From the NCBI GenBank assembly GCA_001687465.1, contig LVLI01000563.1, positions 1-57,127 of the forward strand: a DNA stretch of 57,127 nucleotides, read 5' to 3'. This stretch comes from Halocafeteria seosinensis (taxonomy: Eukaryota). Positions 48,188 through 57,127 of the stretch are shown here, piece by piece. Numbering within the stretch: position 1 is the first letter of the stretch; every line of letters begins with the position of its first letter. The notes below the pieces were generated by a model. It was not told the DNA's origin, ran no database searches, and saw only the letters and a list, made by a program, of their open reading frames with translations. A program made the translations under genes and the position numbers.

Positions 48188-49674
48188 ATGAAAGTGTTTA
48201 AGCATTGTGCTATCATTCTATGTCTAGCAGAAGTAGTCTTTGCTGCTTGCCGTAAGTACATCTTATGCACTTAAATTGACGTCTTCCCCTCTAACGCACT
48301 CGTCTCTGATACAGCACGTGGATGCACGGGACATGGTGAATGTGGCAAGCACAACGCGTGCACTTGTTTCCCTGGATACATTGGACATGGTATGCTTGCC
48401 TAGAGTTAGAGCATACCCAATGTACTAAAGAGGAATATCGTACTGGTTTGCAGACTGCGATCAACGCCTGTGCCCTCAAGGACTTGCCTGGGCAGATCTT
48501 CCTCGAGGAGACTTGAACTACGATGGTGTCGTCACACGGACGGGCATAGACCAATACGTGTCTGTCCCTTGGTCAAATGTGCTTGAATATGAAGGATTTC
48601 CTTCGCAAGACGTCTCTGGAGCTCCTTATTCTGCAATGGATGACGAAGGCCATTTCTATGCAGAGTGCAGCAATCGCGGGAGATGCCTTCGGTTCTCCGG
48701 AGAATGCGACTGCTTCGATGGTTTCAGCGGGCATGCTTGCCAACGAGGTACGAGAAAACGCTGCTATTATATGCCTAGCTCATCCACTCTAATTGCTGTT
48801 GCCCCCTTGCTGACGCTCAGAGCCGTGTCCGAATAATTGCAACGGCCACGGAAAGTGCCGTACAGCTAGAGAAATCGCCAAAGGCAAGCTGAATAAGAGA
48901 AGGGAAGTTTCCGAAGCAGGATTCATAAGGACATCAGGGGTGACACAGGCTTTTGATTATAATTTGTGGGATGCGGACAAAACGACATCTTGTGTGTGTG
49001 ACCCGGGATATACAGGAATTGATTGTGCTCTGCGAGAGTGTCCTCGCGGTTCTGATCCGCTACTATTTAAGCGACGGTTTTGTGGAGGTAATGTGTGTCA
49101 CTACGCAATGGTGACGTTTCAGCTGGGAGTGGCCGTGGGGACCCTGCAGTTCTCCTTTGTAGACCATACTCGCGCCCGACATTCAGTTTTTGTAGACGTC
49201 GACACTACCAGGGACGCTCATGGGCTTATCCCAGCAGAACAAGCAAAGACCCGTATTCCTACTCCAGACACAACTGCCGGAAAGATCATGGCAGCATTGA
49301 GAAACAACTACCCAGGCAGGCTTTTATCAAGAATTGAAGTGAGAGCCGTCGATGGTATGGCAGGCGGAGAATCCACATACCATATCACGTTCACCGGAGT
49401 TCCCGGGAAACAGGAACTCATTGAAATTACAGGCGAACCCACGGAAGGCACCGGAATTGATGCCCCATCATTCGTTAAGAGTGACGACCCGTTTATACAA
49501 AATGTCGAGGGTGGGAAATTCTTTGACTCAACAGAAGCGATAACATATGATGGCAACCTGGACGAATCACAGTGCTCCGGAAGAGGCGCATGTGACTACA
49601 GCACGGGGATCTGTCAATGTTTTGCAGGATATTCTGGAGGATCTTGTGAGACCCAAAACGTACGCGTATTCTAA
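48188..49674 (+). CDS. Tubular mastigoneme protein (Mas1/SIG1/Ocm1-like), multi-exon
   Basis: Signal peptide; C|PRGCTGHGEC; CPQGLAWADLPRGDLNYDG; EGHFYAECSNRGRC; WDADKTTSCVCDPGYTGIDCALRECPRGSDPL; QCSGRGACDYSTGIC. Confidence 0.85.
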
Positions 49675-49726
49675 ATTAGTTCTGCCTTTGTTTATTACAA
49701 TTAAATATTATAAATGAAGTAGACGC

Positions 49727-51756
49727 TTATCCCAAGACATCTTGTTCGCTACAAGAAAGACCGCTGAAGCCGGCAAAGCACTCACATTGACCTGTCGAAT
49801 AGTCACACAGTCCACGTTGTGAGCATTCAGCGTTTTCCACATGTCGACTCACAGTCTCAGAGTTCTCAGGATCTTCAGATACATGTGCGGTAGAGCACTT
49901 TGGCAGTTTGTACATAATTTCAAAAAGTCGGGCTTCTCCTTGATCCACCATATCGGCTGAAGGAAGGCGAACCCAAACCCCAGGGAGATTGGGAATTGGA
50001 AGACGCTTGTATGCATCTCCTGAAGTGGGGATATTACCCATAAACGTATAACCTGGAGGTACTCGGGTTGCAGATTCCCCGATATCTGGCAATGGTGGAG
50101 ATGCATGCACATCTCCCGGCTCCATTTGTCCGTTTAATTCTTCCAGAGCTAAAGAGTTCTCACCGGCATTGTTGCCTCCAACATGAGCATACCACGAATC
50201 GACTCCTCCTTTCTTGTCAATGAGAAGCAAGGAGATCCTGACATCGAATTCCTCGTCTGCATTTACGACCCATCCTTCTCCAGCAGGGAGACCTGGATCG
50301 GACTCAGGATGTAATAAGACCACTTGTTTCGCATCCCATGCTTGTTGTATCTGGGAGTTGCGGTTAAGCGGTGCAGCATCAATCGGTATCGAAGCGCCCG
50401 AGGTATTGAAAGCACTCAACGGGAAAGATCCTGTAGAGACGTAACGAACGGCATACGGTATCTTCACTCGAGGCTTGCATCCTGGTTGGCTGCATGCAAA
50501 TGGAGCGACGCACTGCAGCAAGTTCTTATTCCCCACCAATAGTCCATTTTTCGTGTCCGGAACGTAGTCAACTCTAACTCGTACAATCGGAGTGGCACCC
50601 CCGGAGTCCGTTTCATCGAAATCGTCATCGAACCAGTTTTTCGTCACTTGTACGTTAACCTCTTGGACTGCAAAAGACGGGAGACTCTCTAAAGCATTTT
50701 TCAGGTTTTCACTAAAGTCTCCATTGGGGTTTATAATTCGTTCAACAGCAGGTGCGTCCCATCGCTGACCGAAGCTGTCTTCAAACCTTAGGAAGATGCG
50801 CTCATCATATTCGTCGTGGGTATCAGCACTGATTCTGATACGGGAACTCAACGAGGCATCACCCACCGTGGTAAGGGGCCTGTCAGTAGATGTCTGCTCA
50901 TTCGGTCCTACGACAGTCATCGGTATCGTATATTCTATGATCTGAGATACGAAATTTTTGTCATGCTGATGCACTAAATCGCCATCCTCATTAACGAACG
51001 TTGTGCAGTGGGTTCTTGGATCATCCCCCGTCGGACACATGCCTGCGAAACGGACTCCATGTTAGTGGAATTTTGCAAGCGGTAACGCTGTCTCGAAACT
51101 CACGTTTGCTACAGTCGCTTCCAGTGAATCCAGGGTCGCAGACGCATTTGAAGATTCTATCCGCCTCCCATCCTTCGTCGCTGGCTACGTTGGGCAGGCA
51201 ACTGACAGAGCTGCACCGACCATGTCCACTACAATCGTTGTGGCATTTTCCTGCAGACTCCAGTTCCTTACAGGTCACCATCACCAGTTAACATTTTGCA
51301 TACATTTCTTACTTCTTTGACACGCGTTACCAGTGAATCCCGGCTCACACTGACATTCTCCTGTGCTACGATCACACACTCCTTTGCCTGAGCATTCTTC
51401 ATACCAGTGTGGATCTGCAGCATCTTTTCCCCAAGACCTCCAGAACGGGCACGTCCCTGGTGTGTCGACAATGCAAGGGGTGCATTAGGAAAGACGAACT
51501 ATTTACATGCAGGAGTCTTACTCTGGCCACAATCCCCATTCGTAAATCCTGGCCAACACACGCAAAGTCCATCATCGGTGCATTCTCCTCGTTGGTTACA
51601 GTTGTTTACTGCAATGTGATCATATCACACTAAGCACCGTGTTCGGCACAGTAATGGCAAATGCTGAAGGCCACACGTACCGCATGCACCGTGGCCAGGA
51701 TTCGCAATAGCCAACGCTGTCAAGAAGACCGTGTATATGATGTTATAGCCTTTCAT
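49727..51756 (-). CDS. Tubular mastigoneme protein, long class (Mas2-like), multi-exon
   Basis: Signal peptide MKGYNII..GHGAC; EGF units; WEADRIFKCVCDPGFTGSDCS; CPTGDDPRT; ~380-aa central domain; ECSQRGLCDYSTGQCECFAGFSG. Confidence 0.82.
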
Positions 51757-51998
51757 GTTGCACTTCTGCTTTCCGAGATGCCATACAAAGTGTTGATGAA
51801 GGGTATCCTAGCTGTGTTTTAGGTCACCCATGTTTAAGATACCGTGGAATCTGGCGCTGAGTGATAGAGATCAGATATAATTCGGCCAACAATACAATTC
51901 TAAAACATTCCACCGTAGCATCTATTCACGCACCGCCTATGTAGCCAGTGTTGGAGGTGGTTTACTTCAGCTTTGAGCGCTCAGACCGCAACGGCCTG

Positions 51999-52008
51999 CT
52001 CAGCGGCT
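51999..52008 (+). promoter_or_regulatory. CTCAGCGGCT motif variant in the second bidirectional promoter
   Basis: Lies between divergent ATGs 51756 and 52176; the related palindrome TGAGCGCTCA is at 51974-51983. Confidence 0.5.
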
Positions 52009-52175
52009 CACGCACCGATCGACTTCATCCACTTGACTGCACAGAAGGTAATACAATTACCGTGTATTGTGTTGAAAATTACTATAACTGCAATTAGAGC
52101 TTGGGTTTTGGAAAACGATGGGGCTGTTTATGGAGCTGAAGAAGTAGCAATATCCGTTGACTTTGCAGCCTCGTC

Positions 52176-53482
52176 ATGCTTCGTCAACCATCATGGCAAC
52201 GCCATGGTATGGGCTATTACCTGGGCCTGCTTTCAGTTGTGTCTCTCTGCACACTAGTATTGTCTAAATGCCGTAAGTAAAGCGGCTGGTTTGAACACGT
52301 TTGGGTATCCTGCAAACAATGAGAGCTTCTGATTGCAGCAAATCAGTGCAATGGCCACGGAACCTGTGGCACCAACGACAAATGCAGATGCTTTAGGCAA
52401 CCTGGAACAAAATGGGAGGACACATTCATGTTCGTCGGAGCAGATTGTTCAAGAAGAACGTGTCCACTGGGTCGATCGTGGGATCAACTACAAACGAACG
52501 GCATGAATGCCACAAATATTCAGTTCTCACCAGCAAAGATAAAAGGAGCAGACTCATCACTGAACTATTTGAGATTTTACACGGACTGGATTGAGCGAGA
52601 TATCAAGCGAGACATTGATGTCGAAGTATTAATAATAGACGATGGAAAAGATGGGGACCCTTCTTTCGTCTTCAAATGGCAGGATGATCCCGAATTCGGT
52701 AGACCACACAGAGTTCTTGACCACCGGACTATTACCTCGGCTTTAGGGTTACAGCAAGTATTCGCTCAAGATAAGGACGCAGGTATATATATTTGGTTCG
52801 ACCCTTCGGCAGATCCCGCTTTCGATGAAGAGAACCCACAGTACTTCCAACGCATGTATCAGAAGGACAGATACACATTTACTGTCAAATACAACTATGG
52901 AGTCGTTTTCAACGCTGGGGATCCCAACACTGCCCATCAATTTATCGAATGCTCAGGTCGTGGCACTTGCGATACCACAACGGGAACATGCAAATGCGAT
53001 GTACATCATGACGGGGCAGCATGCGATAGAAGTATGTGTAATTTCGGTTTTCGGTTAGAACCCAAATGTTGTCATTACTAATTATTAAAAATTGCAGAGC
53101 TGTGTCCTAATAAGTGCAGCGGTAGGGGAGTCTGCCAAAGTCTTCAGCTGATGATTGACGATATTAAAAACTCAGATTTCGTTTACGATAAGCCATGGGA
53201 CGCTCAGTTGGAAACGGGATGCAAGTGCGATCCAGGGTTTACTGGACCGGACTGTTCTTTGCGTACGTTTTCAAGTTTGAACTCCCAATCTTAGAAAAAA
53301 CGACAGTCGATTCGTTTCTTGCAGGCGAGTGCCCATCGGGCAGCGATCCAATGGGAGGTTTAGGCGGAGCGAACGGTCGAGAGTGTTCTGGAAGAGGAAC
53401 GTGCAACCGAGTAAAAGGTACATGTACCTGCTTTAAAGGTTTTACAGGAGAGAAATGTGGAACGCAAACGAATTTTCAATAA
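52176..53482 (+). CDS. Tubular mastigoneme protein (Mas3/SIG3-like), multi-exon; paralogue of 36375-37830
   Basis: Signal peptide; C|PNQCNGHGTC; FVGADCSRRTCPLG; AHQFIECSGRGTCD; PWDAQLETGCKCDPGFTGPDCS; CPSGSDPMGGLGGANGRECSGRGTC. Confidence 0.82.
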
Positions 53483-53539
53483 ATACATCAACTGCATTAT
53501 GAACACTACAGCTTTTCACCATCAGCATCTGATACAAAT

Positions 53540-54470
53540 GAGTTTAGTAATACCTTCTTCGTTCCCTCCGTTTCTCTCCATACGTAGACAGCGCATTTGC
53601 AAGAATCTCAAAGCAGTACCTCGGGACCCTCATCTCAACAGTGTGCGGCGGATAACTATCCACCATTGAAATAAAGGGGCTCCCAAGTGTACATGAGCGT
53701 TCGCTGCATAGGCATACTGAGTTCGCATGAAGACGGCCCGGAGGGATGTTTCTAGACCTCATCATGATAAATGTCAGAGGCCTTTTAGATATTGTTGATC
53801 ATCATTTGGCGAAAACTAAACAAGAAAACAGGAGTCTGAACAACAAGCGTTGCATTACTAATGCAGCGTTAGCTCTCCAACCGGCGGTCTTTCCTTTCAC
53901 ACTCGAATCAAATCCATCATGCATGCGTTCACAACCGACAACTCAATGCCGAATTGTCCCAATGATTATGCGCAGGGTACCAGAGCACATGAAATAAGCC
54001 CTTAATGATTCTGCCAGACGATAATGGAGCAGCTTTCCCGTGAGACTCTCGCTTGTCAGAAATTTGAATACCTTCTCTCTGTGCTCCGAGTTCCCACAGT
54101 TATACTCCGTCAAGGAGACACTGCCCCACCACCTTGGCAATTACTGGGAACAAGTTTCTCGTCCTCGGTACGACAGGGTACCTCTGATTTGGCTAAAGTA
54201 AGGCATTCATAGTCTGGGCGGCTCCAAGTGCTCCCTCCTTTACACACCACAGGAGTACTACTCCTCATGCAATAAGCTGATCCAGAGGATGAAGGCTAAT
54301 CCCTCTCCGCCTTCTCCCATCAGGGAAAAGGGTTGTATGGAGAGCAACAATGCCGTCAATGACCGTCATTAGCAACTTGGACCGTCCGATCCGCCTCCGG
54401 ACGACCATGATCCGGGCCGGGTCCGCCTCCCCCCTCTGGCGGACCGGATCGGATCGCATCTGCTTAAGCC
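53540..54470 (-). mobile_element. Highly decayed hAT-like remnant with GATCCG-rich subterminal-type repeats
   Basis: Frameshifted fragments resembling the hAT C-terminal dimerisation motif (NLFPVIAKVVGQCLL..SEHREKVFK); cluster of CCGATCCG/GGATCGG repeats at 54379-54460. Confidence 0.3.
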
Positions 54471-54745
54471 TTCAGACTGCTTGTACTGTACATTGTACAA
54501 GTTGTAGGCAACTTGTAGCAACTGTTTTTTTTTGTTTTTTTTTTTGACGACGACGACGTGTATATTATAGGCCTACGGGCAAAGAGAGCTACGAAAGGAA
54601 AAGAGAACAGCTACAAAACCAGCTACAATGAGGAGTCACTATCCATGCTTTCCCGTTCGCTCTGCGTACTGTCATGACAGTGTCATCCCTATGCGCCGCC
54701 TCGAAGGTGGTAAACGGGGCCTCCGGGTTTTGCGCTAGGGGATGC

Positions 54746-56054
54746 TGTGTTGTGCTAGGGGATTTACCCGTGCCGTGGCGGGGCATGTCCGTGCCCGCCC
54801 GGTATTGCCCGGCCCTCTCGCCCTGCAAGCCGGCGCTCAAAGGGGGTAATCTTACAGAGGAATTGCAAGACATATGCTACGTGTAGTGAATGACTACCAT
54901 GGCAGTTATGTTCTGCTTTCCATTCTTATTAGATCACGAATTGATGCATTTCTATTCACCAAGGGATAGGTGTTTTCCGATACTTTGAATCTAGCGTCAC
55001 AAGGGCGAGCGTTTAGAAGAACGATGGCGCATAGTAGGCTTAGATACTAAAACCAGGAGGATTTCCGTGGTATTACAAAATGGAAATACGTCCAACGCAT
55101 CCAAACAATTGCCTGAGAGACTGTCCGTCCGCTTACTACAGACGGGAGATGCGTGTTGTACAAGCCGAGTTCTGAACTTCTGATACATGCATCGAACTTG
55201 GTACAGAGATACCCCAAGCTATGAGGAAACAGAACGCACAATGCAGGTGGATTTGGTACGCAGTCTTGCTTCCTTTAGCTCCCGTTCTCTCGAGGCCAAT
55301 TCTCATTGGCCATAGAGAGCCAGGAAATCGATCGAACTACGATGGACGATGGACTTCCCAAGATGTTGACCACAAGAAAGTTGAAAGCGATAATAGCCCG
55401 GCAGCAAACGACGCTCTTGATGGCGCCTGTATATGTATTAAGGGAACATGAAACACCAAGTGACCCTAAGCAGATGGTTGCGTACGTTCCACAGAAGGAC
55501 GCGAGATACACAAAGGAAACGATCCGCCACAGGACGGAACTCATCGCCTCACTGGTTACACGAGGTGTTTCTTACTGCATGGAGCCATAATTAAATTGAA
55601 TGCACTTAAGTCTCCCCTCAAAAGCGTGCGTTTCAGCTTCACCAATGCGCATCTCCCGTCTGTAGTAAGCGGACGGACAGTCTTTCAGGCAATTGTTTGG
55701 ATGCGTTGGACGTATTTCCATTTTGTAATACCACGGAAATCCTCCTGGTTTTAGTATCTAAGTCTACTATGCGCCATCGTTCTTCTAAACGCTCGCCCTT
55801 GTGACGCTAGATTCAAAGTATCGGAAAACACCTATCCCTTGGTGAATAGAAATGCATCAATTAGTGACCTAATAAGAATGGAAAGTAGAACATAACTGCC
55901 ATGGTAGTCATTCACTACACGTAGCATATGTCTTGCAATTCCTCTGTAAGATTACCCCCTTTGAGCGCCGCGAGAGGGCCGCGCAATACCGGGCGGGCAC
56001 GGACATGCCCCGCCACGGCACGGGTAAATCCCCTAGCACAAGTTGCACAACACA
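54746..56054. mobile_element. Fold-back element: ~400-bp inverted repeats (54746-55153 / 55648-56054) around a ~490-bp spacer, probably hAT-derived and non-autonomous
   Basis: The arms are near-identical reverse complements with a few substitutions and two short indels. They contain TAGGGGATTTACCCGTGCCGTGG and decayed BED-finger-like fragments (GVFRYFE, NGNTSNASKQL). Confidence 0.75.
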
Positions 56055-57127
56055 TAGGGCGTGGGGCACAACTTTTTTCCCCCGTGCCACCCTGGCAGTG
56101 CCACGCCCGCCCAAAACACTTGGCATGCCAACGTGGCATGCCAAAATTTCAAAATGTTCTCAAAGTATGTAATGCGGCGCGTTTTCGCCGGTACTTTGTA
56201 TTGTTGGTCTATTTTTGTTTCGAATTTTTAGCTAGAAGCGCCTCGACAGTCCAATCGTACTCGTCCTGTAGTTTTCCTTCCTTCTTCCTGCTCCGCTGCC
56301 TCTGTGGAGCTAATCCCAATAACCAGAGGATGGGCTAGGTCAACAACATCTTCCGATGTAAATTTAGTACGCTTAGTCATCCCTTCAAGAATGAGCGCAA
56401 CGTTTATCTCTATACCCGTTTCCGTTTGTAAAATAGCTTGGTCGGCACCCGCTTAGTCGGAGGAAGTGAACGCCTCTTCATTGTCGGGCCCGCTGCTGTT
56501 CAAAGAAGGTGACGTTGCCGAAGCCGACTGGCTCTTAGAAGAGGAATTTCAAGTCCTCCAATTTATCAGCCGAGACAGAGTCACCGTCATGTAGCAATGA
56601 ATCATCGGCGGCATCTTCGGCTTCGAGTGATTATCGTATACAGCCAAGATAGATTGGTCACTGTCTTCTTCGCATCTTCAGCCACATAGAAGAACTTACT
56701 TTGAGCAAGCATTTTCAGTTTCTCAAGTTTTAGACTGCTTTGTGAGTCTGTGTGTATCGCGCCGAGGTGGCTGAGCAGCCGCTCAACTTCGACGCTAGTC
56801 GGCTTTATTTTGAAGAGTTTGAGAGCAAGTGCGCGTAGAGGACCGCCAGTTCTTTCATCAATTTGTTCCCAGTATGTAAGGGCGTCATAATGCCACCACT
56901 TTGCTCATGTTTTCCATCCATTTCTGCATGACATTGGAAGTCACATTGACAAGCTTTCGGAGCTGTGGTACTCCTTCGAAATATCGACGACATTTAAAAC
57001 GCGGGATGTTCACCTATCTTGCCGATGTTGTATCCATTTAAGCTTCTTCGTTTTTTGTCACTCCAACCATCAAGCTGCAAAGTGTATCCTCCATCACTTT
57101 CACGGATATCTGACCACATTACTTGCC
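56055..57127 (-). mobile_element. Internally deleted hAT transposon, 3' part with probable TIR TAGGGCGTGGGGCAC at 56055; runs off the window
   Basis: Minus-strand translation gives YTLQLDGWSDKKRRSL (first catalytic D region, DUF659-like), LNVVDISKEYHSSE and KVVAL, joined at ~56888 to DALTYWEQ..LRALALKLFKIKPTSVEVERLLSHLG (hAT dimerisation domain); frameshifts and stops; GTGCCA subterminal repeats. Confidence 0.8.

Noticed and set aside
46122..53482. Tenascin/teneurin call for the EGF-rich genes
   Set aside because: The proteins are short, have 3-4 dispersed EGF-like units with WD and CPxGxDP motifs, and lack FN3, fibrinogen or YD domains, which fits mastigoneme proteins.
1..57127. CRISPR arrays, tRNA/rRNA genes, alternative genetic code
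   Set aside because: No spaced direct-repeat array or cloverleaf/rRNA sequence was noticed; in-frame stops are confined to introns, pseudogenes and transposon relics.

Overview
Gene-dense eukaryotic DNA with short GT-AG introns (about 55-85 nt). The host is most likely a flagellated stramenopile protist, because the window holds five EGF/Cys-rich tubular-mastigoneme (Mas/SIG/Ocm-type) genes. Housekeeping genes: MTR4, RPN7, a BET-type bromodomain protein, a DHX33-like DEAH helicase, RPL15, RPL10, a full-length ABCB/MDR transporter, MsrA, thymidine kinase, an isochorismatase, a SERF/4F5 protein, an HVA22/YOP1 protein, a DA2/GW2/Sip5-type RING E3 and an R3H-SUZ protein. Highlights: (1) four mastigoneme genes lie together in 7.4 kb as two head-to-head pairs, with a fifth about 8 kb away, and a CT[GC]AGCGGCT motif sits about 170-240 bp upstream of all five, suggesting a co-regulated flagellar-hair module; (2) a TPR-linker-ankyrin gene has ten introns that are all phase 1, giving nine frame-preserving exons; (3) both ribosomal-protein genes have unusually long (352 and 354 nt), strongly fold-back 5'-UTR introns and share an upstream CGGGCCGAA...GCCCG element; (4) two disrupted copies of a secreted GLUG-like repeat family; (5) a decayed RNase H + chromodomain retroelement fragment near the left end, and nested hAT transposon remnants, including a ~400-bp inverted-repeat element, at the right end. 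All gene models were derived by eye and no database searches were run.
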